A DNA stretch of 63,125 bases, filler included, from Reticulomyxa filosa (GCA_000512085.1; 15 parts of 15 records of this genome joined end to end with filler, not necessarily neighbours in it), one strand, 5' to 3'; numbered from the whole stretch's first letter, positions 11,901 to 23,906 are shown. Translations and numbers: made by a program. The notes: generated by a model from the letters alone, not told the origin.

Positions 11901-14900
11901 AGGAAGCAAAATTTCAAAAGCACAAGTGTATGAAGTATTCAATGATCAATGGATTGATATTCATAGTCAAAATATTATTTCTAAATTGGCAGAATTAAGA
12001 ATTCAACTGAGTGTCAACAAAATCAAAGCTACATTAAAGCAATATTGTCTTAGTTTAGGATTTGATATGTTTCATCAAGGAAGCCAAATTGCAATTGAAC
12101 CAGAATCTCAGCATGAAAATAACAATGATGAAACTTGGGATAAATTGGATCCAGAAATGGAAAACGATAACAAAAGTAATGCGGATGAAAAAATAGAAAT
12201 AAAAACAAACAATGATATTTCTATTTCAAAAACATCAGATATCTGGGAAAAGTATTTCGATGGTGACAATGTCGCGAAATATGTATTGAGAAAAGTTGGT
12301 GATAATAAGTATCAATTTTTACACAAATCATGTCAAGAATATTATGCAGCACAAAGAATTATATTGGATATCATTTCATGGAAGCCCAATATCATTGGCG
12401 CTCACAATCAACAATTTCAACAACAATTTGAAGCACATGTTCAAAAATTATGTATCAATTACAAATTATTAAATGAAGAATTGGGAATTATTCAATTCAT
12501 TGCAGAGAGAATTTATGATATAAATCCAATATTTGTAAATTTAAAATCAAGATTGTTTCGAATTATTGAATCATCAAAAAATAATGAAAATGTTAGTATT
12601 GCAGCAGCAAATGCAATCACCATACTTAATTCAGCAAATGTGAATATGCATTATAAAGATTGGAGTAATATCAAAATTCCTTATGCAATTTTAGATCGTG
12701 CATTTCTCGAAGGAACTAATTTTAGTAATGCAAATTTAGATCATGCATATTTTCATCAAGCTTGCTTAAACAAGGTCAATTTCACAAATGCATCAGTGAA
12801 TGACATTTACTTTGGAGAATATGCATATTTAAAAGGACATTCAAGGCAAGTAATCGGTGTTCAATTTTCACCAGATGCAACAAAAATATTATCTTATTCA
12901 AATGACGACACTATTCGAATATGGGATGCATCATCGCAAAGACAACTTCACGTGTTGGAAGGACATACAGGATCAATAACAACAGCGCAGTTTTCGCATG
13001 ATGGCTCCAAAATTGTGTCATATTCATGGGATCATACTATTCGTATATGGGATGTATTATCAGGTCAACAAATTAAATTATTAAGCGGATATTCAAACTC
13101 TTTGAGTTCAATGGCACTTTCACCAGATGGTTCTAAGATTGCAGTACATTCACATAATACTATTTACGTATTGGATGCATTATCTGGAGAACAACTCCAA
13201 TTATTAGAAGGGCATTCTGATATTGTCCTAATAGTGCAATTTTCACCAGACTCTTCCAAAATTTTATCAGGTTCAGGAGATGAAAGTATCCGAATATGGG
13301 ACGTATTTTCCGGAAAACAGCTTCTATTATTAGAAGGACATTCAAATAACATAATTGGAGTACAACTTACATCCAATGGATCAAAGGTTATATCATATGC
13401 ACATGATGAAACTATTCGAATATGGGACGCATTATCAGGTCAACAAATTCAATTATTGGAAGGACATACAGAGAGTATAAATGGAATCCAATTATCACTA
13501 GATGGCTCAAAGATATTGTCTTATTCAGATGACTGTACAATTCGATTATGGGATCTGTTGTCTGGAAAACAAATTCAAGTGTTTGAAGGACACTCAAGTC
13601 GTGTAACAAAAGCACAGCTTTCATCTGACGGTTCTAGAATCGTGTCCGGTTCAGGTGATAATACAATTCGATTATGGGATGTGGCATCAGGAAAACAAAT
13701 TCATTTGCTAGAAGGACATTTAGATGTCATATGTAGTGTTGAATTTTTTCCAAAGGAGCCAAAAATTTTATCATGTTCATGTGATAATACTATTCGAATA
13801 TGGGATATAGCTGTAGAAAAAAAAATTCATTTAATAGAAGGATACTATGATGGCATAATAGGAGTACAATTTTCTCCTGATGGTTCCAGAATTGTGTTAC
13901 GTCCTTTAGATGGAGCAATTCGATTATGGGATGCACAATCAAGAAGACTAATTCAAACATTTGAAGGTCATTTACATCGTATAAATGGAGTACTTTTTTT
14001 ACCTGATGATTCCAAAATTGTATCATACTCAGATGATAAAACAATCCGAATATGGGACATATTATCAGGAAAACAACTTCGATTATTGGAAGGGCATTTG
14101 TATTCGGTGATAGATGTACAATTTTCACCAGATGGTTCCAAACTTGTGTCATCTTCAGATGATAAAACAATTCGAATATGGGACGTATCATCAGGAAGAG
14201 AAATTCAATTATTCACTGGACATACGAAGAGTGTAGTTGGAGTGCAATTTTCATCAGATGGGTCCAAAGTTGTATCTTGCTCTTATGATAAAACAGTTCG
14301 ATTGTGGGACGTGTTATCTGGAAGACAACTTCAAGTATTTGAAGGACACTCAAATCATGTAATTAAAGTAAAATTTTCACCGGATGGATCTAAAATTGTA
14401 TCAGGCTCATGGGACAAGACAATTCGAGTATGGGATATATTATCTGGAAATCAACATTTAACACTAAAACATGAAAAGACAGTAAATGATATACAATTTT
14501 CTCCAAATGGTACTACAATGTTGTCATGTTCAGATGAAAATACAATTCGATTGTGGGATTTATTGACTTGGAAACAAATACGCGTATTTGAGGGGCATAC
14601 TGATAATGTAACGAGCGCACAATTTTCGCCAGATGGTTCTAAAATTATCTCGTATTCAAGCGACATTACGATTCGTATATGGGATGTATCTTCAGGAAAA
14701 CAGATTCAATTAATAGAAGGACATAATGAGCATATCAGAGACGTTCATGTATCATTCGACGGTTCAAAAATAGTTTCATGCGCTAGTGATAGGACAATTC
14801 GACTATGGGGCTGTGATAACGCTAAAATTTGCGATATAACTGAGACGGGTTTGGTGAAATGTGTTTGGAGAGCGGGAGTTCAAAGTGGTTTAATGATGAA

Positions 14901-14979
14901 AAACAGTATTTGGAAGGACACAAAAGGTTTAGGAGATACACAAAAATTGCTTGTGAGCCAACGTGGTGGAACATTTTGA
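8995..14979 (+). CDS. NLR-like STAND protein: leader(-LVGG) / CUE-like / 4-Cys module / RelA-SpoT-like nucleotidyltransferase / NACHT / pentapeptide / 16x WD40; one frameshift at ~10709
   Basis: Predicted exons 8995-9034, 9095-9273, 9362-9616, 9685-9726 and 9827-14979, all with GT-AG introns of consistent phase. Walker A GKSGSGKS (11266-11289), Walker [17 protein letters not shown] sensor, [16 protein letters not shown] winged helix, [19 protein letters not shown] pentapeptides, and 16 GH..WD repeats. Adding one base at 10709 gives one continuous frame of ~1,889 aa. Confidence 0.85.
10328..10708 (+). other. RelA/SpoT synthetase-like nucleotidyltransferase domain within the NLR-like gene
   Basis: Ordered motifs KxxxRxxEK (from 10349), [27 protein letters not shown] (10601-10612) and HLFYEHIR (10676-10699) follow the Syn1-Syn4 spacing of small alarmone synthetase-like domains. 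Confidence 0.7.
12830..14810 (+). repeat. Coding tandem array of 16 WD40 repeats (~126-nt unit)
   Basis: Recurrent GAAGGACAT...TTTTCACCAGATGG...ACAATTCGAATATGGGAT at ~126-nt spacing; 16 repeats counted in the translation. Confidence 0.95.
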
Positions 14980-15626
14980 TCTTTTTTGTTTTGCTTAGTC
15001 TTTGTTGTAAAAACTACAAACAATTTTTTATGATTTTATGAAAAAGTGACGTTTTGTGACCATTCCCAGGCGTTATTCATCTTTTTAAAAAATAAATTGC
15101 AAAACAAAGTATGCATGTCACGTGCATTTGAATGTCAATATTAAGAAAGAAATCAGCAATATTTGTCAAAAAAAATTTTTGAAACGCACTTATTCCTAGT
15201 GTGAAGAATTAGAGTTGCAAAATGGAGCGAATGAATTTTTTAAAAAGAATATAGATACAAAAGGAAATGATGGCAATTGGTATGGTCACGTACCAATTGT
15301 CACGCTTGCGAGAGTGTTAGCATATATCAATAACTCGTGTGTTACGGCTTATATTTGGATTTGAAAAGGAGTATTTTTACATATTTAACATAGTTAATGA
15401 TGAAGTATTGCAGAAACAGTAAACACTCAAAGAACCTCGTTTTTCATGCCTTGCTCAACAATAACAAATCAGTAACTCGATGCTTTTGTGATTGAACAAA
15501 TAATCAAAAATCTGCCATTATTGTACAACAAAAACATCATTGCGCAATTATTTAAATATTTTGGTAATTAACTGAAAAGACAACAATATTACAAACACGG
15601 AAAAATTATACTTTATTATTTAAGGT

Positions 15627-15735
15627 TTTGAAGTTTGGCGTTTGTGTGGAAGACTATTTGGAAAAATATCACCAAAATTAGATGAACAACAAGCAGATGA
15701 TATAATTTTTGATGAACAAATTTTTCAAAGGGTAA
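15627..15735 (+). pseudogene. Possible relic of a HEAT/ARM-like repeat exon
   Basis: A short open stretch reads FEVWRLCGRLFGKISPKLDEQQADDII, with a HEAT-like helical pattern; no surrounding intact gene. Confidence 0.25.
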
Positions 15736-16207
15736 CAAATTGAGTGTTTATAATCTTTTGTTTTGATTGTTGTGTCAGAAAGAAAAATGATTTAAATGAT
15801 CTGTTGATTGATTGTGTAAAATTTACTTTATTTGGCTCACTTAAAACAATTTTAGCAATTTATCTTGCCTTTTCTTTTGTGTAAAGATAGAACGTATATT
15901 GTAAACATAAATTTATCAATAAAATTTAGAAAAAAAGTATATGTCGAATATATTTTGCTGATTATGAAAAAAATTTCCACTTGATTATTAATTAATTCAT
16001 TTTTGAAGAAAATTCACATTTTCATACAATTGAGGCTTAAGAGCATCATTTATACACAAATACTATGTCCTTTTTAAAAGTTATCTCGGCCATTGTAATG
16101 GCATTATTGTGTGACACTATCAATCAGTTTTTTCAATTAAAGCAAATTTTAATATACCTTTTTTAAGTAAAAAATATTTTCTTTTTCTACCTTTTTCAAA
16201 AGGCCAC

Positions 16208-16285
16208 TTTTCTTTTGTCCAATTTTTCTTTTGTCCAATTTTTCTTTTGTCCAATTTTTCTTTGTCCAATTTTTATTTTGTCCAA
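16208..16285 (+). repeat. Minisatellite, 5 x ~16 nt (TTTTTCTTTTGTCCAA)
   Basis: Five near-identical direct units ending 39 nt before the ATG at 16325. Confidence 0.9.
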
Positions 16286-16324
16286 CTTTAAAAATTTACA
16301 TAATAATTCCTCAACATTAGCAAT

Positions 16325-18490
16325 ATGAGTTATAAAATCTTTCAAAGTGTGAAGAAATTGCCCAGTCCGTTTTGTGAATCTCAATGTGTACTGCACAAAT
16401 ACGAAATCCTCATTTGTGGGGGTAAACATGAAAGAGCTTGTTATTCTTATCATACACTTAAAAATGAATACAAATTTATTTGTGAGTATCCAAGTGATGT
16501 TGAGTTAGTTGGACACTGTGTAGTGAAGCTAGATAACAACAACAGAGACAGCAATGAAACCACTTTATTGTCTTTTGGTGGAGATGAAGCTATAGGAAGA
16601 CACACATTAGTAATGAAATATGTAAGTGTTTGGCGTAATAATAATAAAATAACTAAATTAAAGAAATCAAATATATCAGGCAATTATAATGAGTGGATTC
16701 CTTTCACAGATAATCACAATAATCCAATTCAAATTGGAAAAAAGAAAGATAATTATAAAGGAGCGCGTGCAGTGATTGGTGGAAGCAATAATCATTTGTT
16801 ATTTATTACTTATTATCCAAAGAATATTAGTGTATTTGATTTAAATACATTTCGATTTATTAAACATGATCATTTATCGATTTGTTATAATCGTGTAGCA
16901 TATCATTGCTTTGTATTAAAATCAGAAAGTGAACAAGTAGTGACTAGCACAAATGAAAAAAAAAAATGAAAAATAAAATGCTGCTATTTAGTAATCGTAT
17001 AAGATTATTAATTGAATATGATGAAGATAACAATACTTTTCATTCTCGTTGCCTACGCATCTGTAATGATATTTCATCATTCGGTAATTATGCATATGTA
17101 TGTGTCAATGATGTTATCTTATTCTTCGGTGGATATGATTGTAGATATATTAACAAATTTGTTTCAAAATCAGTGTATAGCTATTCAATACGAGAAAACA
17201 CATGGATTAAATTTGAATATACTTTGCCACTATTGTATGATTGTTTTGGGATATTAAATAAAGACAAAACTTATATACATATTATTGGAGGAAGTAATCA
17301 TAAGGATATTCCACAATTAACTCATTTGAAGATAAAAATAAATTTATTAAAGGATTCTTCACAGTTGGTAATATTCATTTTAATCTTTTTTTTTTTAATC
17401 AAATATAAATATATGAAACTGATTAACTAACAATTAACAGGCAAAAAATGACATTAAACTTATTACTCGACACTGGATTAAACTTTTAAAGATAAAATTA
17501 GGATGGATCGATGATTTTAACAAAATTATTGTCAAATATGTTAAATAATGCTTTTTTTTTAAAACATAAATGAAAAAGTCTATTTCTGTCATTTACATCT
17601 TATAGTTAGAGGGTTTTAAATTATCAATGATTTTACAAGCGCATGACGATACGGTGAGCAGTGTAACATTTTCTGCAGATGGTCGCAAGATTGTCTCGGC
17701 ATCATATGACCACACTATTCGAATATGGGATGTTGCATCAGGAAAACAGCTTCAAAATTTCAGAGGACATACTGATCAAGTGTTTGCTACAAGATTTTCA
17801 CCAGATACAAATACAGTTGTTTCATGCTCAGGAGATGGAACAATTCGATTATGGGATATTAATAAAGGAACCGAAGTAATGAAATTTGAAAGAGATTCCA
17901 ATAAGATATGGGATGTAAACTTTTCTCCAAGTGGAAGATATATTGTGTCAGGTTTGCAAGATAATACAATACGAATATTGGATGCACATTCTGGAATAGA
18001 AATAAAAAAATTATTGGGACATTCAAAAGATGTATTAAGTACACAATTTTCATCAGATAGTAAACTGATTGTATCATCATCAAATGATAAAACAATCTGT
18101 CTGTGGGATGTAGAATCTGGTGAAAGATTAAAACAATTCAAAGGGCATTCTGATCGTATAATACGTGTAAAATTTTCTCCTGATTGTAAATTTATTGTGT
18201 CATGCTCATTGGATAATACAATTCGAATATGGAATATTGAAACAGGAACAGAGTGGAAAATATTGAAAGGACATGTTAGACATGTGAATGATGTAAAATA
18301 TCTTCCAGATGGTCAAACAATTGTATCGTGTTCAAGTGATAATACAATTCGATTATGGAGTGTAGAAACAGAAAAGGAAATACAAATGTTAGAAGGACAT
18401 CACTATGCTATAAGATGCATAGATGTTTCTCCAAATGGAAATACAATAGTATCAGGCTCTGCAGATCGCAAAATTCGAGTTTGGAGGTGA
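16325..18490 (+). CDS. Kelch-like propeller + 33-aa LGWI-box + 7-bladed WD40 fusion protein (frameshift in the A11 run at 16956-16966)
   Basis: Kelch-like blades (ILICGG..CYSY, LLSFGG, VIGG, ILFFGG..VYSY, IHIIGG) in 16325-17367, then intron 17368-17440, 99-nt exon 17441-17539, intron 17540-17605, and WD40 exon 17606-18490 in frame with the ATG at 17627. All introns are phase 0. Confidence 0.75.
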
Positions 18491-19201
18491 AAAAATACAT
18501 ATAAAAAAATACACATAATCCTAAACTTTGACTCCTTAATACACATGGAGCATTTTTTTGCTAAAAATTCGTTGAATGTCCTTTCATCTCGAAAGGCTCG
18601 AGTATGAATAATGAAAAATGTTGAAGAAATAAAAAATATTGTCCTTTGTTGTTATAAATTTCAAATTACGATGTTTCATCTATATTCAAATAATAAATGC
18701 ATTGCACTAAGATAACTAATTTTGTTAGTTGAATTATTTAAAAATACGATGCGCAGAGAGAAAATCGATTATCTTTATAAGATGTCAACCTTTTTTTTAT
18801 TAGAACACTTAATTTTATTTATAAAACAAATCTACAAAAACAGATGAAATATTCAACTTTCTCAATGGTGGTGAACATTTATTTTATTATTTTTTGTGTT
18901 TTTCTTAAACATAAAGTATTTTTTTAATTTTCTTGTAGGATAGTTTGTTCTGGAAACATTATCGTGTAAAACTTTCATTAGATTGTTCTACGTGCTTATG
19001 ACACCCACAAAAGCCTTTTTTTTCTAATTGAGTTTTAAACTTGAATAAGAAAAGAAAAAATCTGTGATCACCCACAAAAAAAAGTCTATGACTTAAAAAA
19101 AAAAAGACAAAAGAACAGTGTCAAATATCAAAACGTTGAAAAAAGTTCGTATTTTACAATTCCAAAAAACATCATAAAATAATGTTGAGAAGGAAGCAGA
19201 T

Positions 19202-20374
19202 TTACGTGTTTTTTGGACGCACCCCTTGAAAAAGCCTAGGAGGTTTTACACGTTTTTGGCCATTACTCTCTTGATTTTCAGCAGTGGAGCCGTTCTTGTT
19301 AGGAGTAGTGGAGCTGTTCTTGTTAGGAGTAGTGGAGCTCTTGATTTCGCGGTTACTCTTTTCATCTTTTTGTTTCACCGAATGGCCATTGCTTTGTCTG
19401 TTGCTTTGGTTGCGTGTACTATTTTCATTGGGCGCACTATTTGCGCTATCTTTTTCGTCATCGCGACGATTGCGATCCTGAGAGCTAATACGATGGATAT
19501 TTTCCTGTGATTCGCGTCGATAGGTAGTAACCGTTGGGGTCGGCAAAGTGACTGCCTCTTCGACATCCCAATCCTCTACCTCGACGATCATCTTCACGTT
19601 TCGAGGATGTCGCAAAGGTTCTTGTCCCATTCGAGTTATCCAAGGATGGTTCTTTATTTAGTGTCATGTTCATTGCAATTACATAATATACACACGGTTA
19701 TATTAGGATTTTTTTATTTTTTTTTAAGTTAAAAAAAAAAAGTCCCCTCCCCTCCTTCTAACCTTCAATTGGGCCATGTTAATCCGTTTTGCAGGGTCTT
19801 TGTTTAGCAAAGCAGACAAAAGATGTTGTAAGTCCATAGGCAAATCTGAGGGTATGGTAGGCGCGTATGATTGAATTTTTTCGAAAGTATGTTGGATTGA
19901 TTCTCCAGCAAATGGACATACGCCTGCGATCATCATATACAAAGTAACTCCCAAAGCCCAAATATCCAGCGGATAAGCACGGAAATATGTGTCTGGACAT
20001 CACAACAACCAACCACAAAGAGTTACAACCAATCCCAACGAACCAAAAACAAACCAAAAAAAAAAAAAAAAAAGATAACGTTCACACTCAGGAGCAATAA
20101 ACGCAGGTGTACCCAAAGCCTTACTGACAGTGCCATCGGACGATTCCAGCATATAACTAACGCCAAAATCGGCGATGCGAACGCTATCGTCAGGGCCGAT
20201 GAGTAGATTGTCGGGCTTAATGTCTGCATGGATGATGTTGTTGCGATGCAAGTAATCGAGGCCCAAGATCATATCGCGCATATATTTGCGTACGAGTTCC
20301 AAGTCTTTTATTGGGTCGCATGTCGGATTGCCATTTGTCTTTAAAATGGCCCCCTTTTCCATATACTCTAAGAC
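19202..20374 (-). CDS. CAMKK/GRIK-type Ser/Thr protein kinase, 3' part
   Basis: VLEYMEKG, IIHADIKPDNLL, IADFGVS, GTPAFIAPEC, FRAYPLDIWALGVTLY, LNKDPAKRI across at least 3 exons; Ser/Thr/Asn-rich tail with STTPNKN repeats. The 5' end is lost at the contig break. Confidence 0.9.
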
Positions 20375-21952
20375 CTTTTTTTTTTTTATTAAAAAAAAAA
20401 AAGCGTGCATAGTTTTTTTTTAAAGTGTTTACCCCTTTTTTTTTTTTTTTNNNNNNNNNNNNNNNNNNNNNNNNNNNNNNNNNNNNNNNNNNNNTTAATT
20501 AATTAANNNNNNNNNNNNNNNNNNNNNNNNNNNNNNNNNNNNNNNNNNNNAGGTTTGTTATATATAATTTTTTTTTATTTTATTTTTTTAACATAACTTA
20601 TTTATGTGTTTTGCAACAACAGCCGCAGCCCTCTATTCAAAAAAATAAAAAAAAGTATACGTACCCTCCAACTTCGGGGTCGAAGCCAACCCCGTGTCCA
20701 AATAAAAATTAAAAGGTTTATTTTATTTATTTATTTTATTTTTTTAATAAAAAGTATACGTTTGTCTGTGAATAGGCATGCCCTCATCAATAAAAATAAA
20801 TGTTTGTTCTCTCCCTCCCCATCCCCGTGCAAAAGAAAAAAAAAATTATAGAAAGAATGGAACTGGAGCTTTTAGCTCCTAAGTCAAGTTTTGTTTGTTT
20901 GTTTTTTCTTTAAAAAAAATGAAAAATTCTTTATTTGGCGATATGTTGATAGGAGGCAAGATCAAACAATATTGGAAATTTTTTTTGTTTTTATTTTGTA
21001 TTTTTTATTTGAGTAAGAGGGATAGGGAAAATTGGGTGAAAATAAAAAATTGGAAAAAATGTAGGGGGAAAAAATGAAGATGAAAAAGGATTGGTGAAAA
21101 AATGTGGGAAAAAAATGAAGATAAAGGGTGGGGAAAATGAAGATAAAGGTTGGGAAAAAAGAATGAAAAAAGTATTACAAAATTTTTATTTAAGAAAAAG
21201 AAAAAAATTAAAAAAAGAATGATAAAATTTAAAAAATGAAAAAAAATGTCAAAAAATGACAATGCAAAAAAAAGAAAAAAAGATAAAAAAAAAAATAGCA
21301 AAAAATGAAAAAGAAAAATTAGATTAAAATTATTAATAAGAAAAATATGAAGAATTTTGAAGAAGAAGACCACAACGACGACAGCAGCGTAATAGTGGCA
21401 AAGCCAAATGAATTCGTAAGTGCCAGCATATTGTAATGAATATCAAGTGAAACTTGACAACGTGGAATTTGCTCCAGTTTTAGTACGTGAAAGAAAAATC
21501 GAATGGCGAAGACTGGTCTATCATATCGTGTACGTGCGCGTATGCGCAACTTTTATTTTTGGTATCAAAGTCGTCACTCACAGCATGGATTACATTCACA
21601 TTGTCACACTCGTTCTGCACTTTCTTTGGGGCGCGCAAACTCGAAACATTTGAAAACTTTACTCTCCAGCAACGTCGGCGCATACAAGTCGATACAAGCA
21701 ATCATTGGTTTGCAAATCATCAAAAACGTCGAAATGCGATCAATGCAGTGAAATAATAGAAAATAGTTTTGTGCTGCGCACATTCGCAAGTTTGATGTGC
21801 ATATGCTGATGGAAGGAGCCGTTGGTGCCGCCAAGAAGAAAAAAAAAGGATAAAATCGTGCAAAGTGGTGGAGGAGTTGGCGAAACTCCGTCAAGACACC
21901 TGTCAGCAAAGAGGATGAAGAATAAGGATAAAGATAATAAAAATATCCGAAG

Positions 21953-22252
21953 TTACATCGCATTGTGCTTGTTTTTTAAAAAAACAATACATCCGTCAGC
22001 TTTTTGAATTTGGTTATAGAAATTGTCCTTTACGTCGGGAAACGCGCAAATTCGCCACTTGCGGGCTTGAACTAACGTCCCATAGCGAGCTCCAGTGAAA
22101 AACGCAGAACGAGTGTGGAAATGTATATATTGGCAGCCCGAAGAATTGGAAAGAATTTGCTCGCGATCAACGCCAACACGCAAGTCTCTGCAAATAATTG
22201 TTGACTTGTATATGGCCAAAGAATGTGCCGAACTGCTGTCTGCCGGCGCCAA
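21953..22252 (-). CDS. Hypothetical protein exon
   Basis: 99-aa ORF of coding-like composition next to an intron-like (TA)n tract; no recognisable motif. Confidence 0.3.
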   Translation of the reverse strand: MAPADSSSAHSLAIYKSTIICRDLRVGVDREQILSNSSGCQYIHFHTRSAFFTGARYGTLVQARKWRICAFPDVKDNFYNQIQKADGCIVFLKNKHNAM

Positions 22253-22692
22253 AAAACAATGGTACTAAATTGTTATGAGCACAAAATATATACATATACT
22301 ATTTGTATGTGTGCGCACATTCGCAAATATGGAGCTTGGATGACGCATTTGCTGAGTTTGGTTATTGGCTCTTCACAACCGCTAGTGGAGATTTTACGTT
22401 TCCAGACATGCGCCGAACTATAATTTATTGGCTCCAACAAATAAAGTTGTTATAGAAATGATACCAACTGTTCGTGTCAAAACGGTTCGTGTTCGTGCGC
22501 ACAGTCGCAACTNNNNNNNNNNNNNNNNNNNNNNNNNNNNNNNNNNNNNNNNNNNNTTAATTAATTAANNNNNNNNNNNNNNNNNNNNNNNNNNNNNNNN
22601 NNNNNNNNNNNNTGAATGTGGGACTTACATCGACGACAGTTATACCATTGGGGTGGTTTACAAATGTGCAAAAAAAAAAAAAAAAAAAAAAA

Positions 22693-23906
22693 AGGAAATT
22701 TGCTGGCAACGGCCGGATTGGACAACACTTGCAGTATATGGAATGTCGACAAAGACAACTTGCAGATCGGTGTTCAACCCAGAGACACGTATAAACCCGT
22801 GGTGGAACTGATTGGACACGATGGGTACATTCCGCGAATGGAATTTATTGACGAGTCAAAGATCGTCACATGCTCCGGAGACAGCCACATTATCGTGTGG
22901 GATATCGTGAAAAACAAACCTATCCGCAAACTCACCGAACATGACCAAGACGTATGTAGCATCAGTCTGTGCCGACAAGTCACCGGGCATGATCATCTCT
23001 TGTTATCCGGGTCCGTTGACAAAAGGTGTAAAGTGTGGGACATTCGAGAACAAAATTCGATGTACACCTATCATTGCCACTCCGGTGTCAATGCAGTGTC
23101 GTGGTTTCCTAATGGCCAGGCATTTGTCACTGGATCGGATGACGGTCATTTATATATATATATATATATATATATGCATATATGCATATACATATATATG
23201 TATATGTATATATATATTTATTTATTTTGTTGATTTAAATGTTCCGTTCTTTGTTCCTCCTTCCCTCCCCCTTTTTTTTCTCAAAAAAAAAAAAAAAAAA
23301 TTCGAATAAAGGCGTGGTGAGATTGTACGATATGCGAGCTCATTCTGTAGTCAATATGTATGATCCCAACCACTATCCATTCGCAATTCAAAATTATGTT
23401 GGCGTAGATGAGGAAAATAGGGATGATGTCCCTAAATCAGGTTAGTTCACATTTAAACAAGATTTATTTTTTTCCCCTCCCCTTCCCCCCCCCCTCCTCC
23501 TATAAACTCACTGTTGTTTGCAAAAAAAAAAAAAATTGGATCAAACATAAATGAAATTGAAATGAAAAAAGGTGATGAAGTGTCGCCATTGTATTTGAAC
23601 CCGTCACATCTACGGCTGACAGAAAATGAAAACACGAATGGGATTGGGAGAATGGGAAACCGCGGATCTAAAGCCATCATATATCAGGAAGTCCTTGGCT
23701 TGGCACTGAGCCAAACCGGAGCATTTCTTTGCGTTGGATATAAAAACAGTAAACAATGTATTTTGTGGAACACTTTGACGGGGAAACAGCTCCAAAAAAT
23801 TACACTCCCTGACAAATTCGGAAGTGTTTCTTTGTCACATGACGGCAAGCAATTTGCTACAACGTCCTATGACAATGATATACGTTTATGGGGATGTGGT
23901 GTTTGA
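22693..23906 (+). CDS. Heterotrimeric G-protein beta subunit-like WD40 protein (divergent, partial, multi-exon)
   Basis: ATAGLDNTCSIW, ELIGHDGYI, IVTCSGD, LSGSVD..KVWDIR, VNAVSWFPNGQAFVTGSDDG, RLYDMRA and TTSYDNDIRLW are G-beta-specific blade motifs in the correct order. Confidence 0.8.

Noticed and set aside
13160-14666. Antisense ORFs over WD40 arrays and other genes
   Set aside because: Shadow frames produced by repetitive coding sequence on the opposite strand.
12830-14810. Regularly spaced ACAATTCGAATATGGGA motifs as a CRISPR-like array
   Set aside because: They are in-frame WD40 codons (TIRIWD) with homologous, coding spacers.
14955-14979. C-terminal QRGG-TF as a ubiquitin-like cleavage site
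   Set aside because: Better explained as the terminal motif of pentapeptide/WD40 STAND proteins.
16956-16969. Programmed frameshift at AAA AAA AAA TGA in the Kelch-like gene
   Set aside because: One more A in an 11-nt homopolymer restores the frame. Similar indels occur at ~30560 and in conserved Vps39 (~52239), which points to sequencing error.
20218-20235. HAD instead of HRD in the kinase catalytic loop
   Set aside because: Non-RD variants are known in the CAMKK/GRIK group; the catalytic D, K, N and DFG are intact.
20551-21340. F/K-rich ORFs and a small hairpin near 20672
   Set aside because: Low-complexity purine/poly-A sequence at a contig end; no coherent protein or RNA family recognisable.
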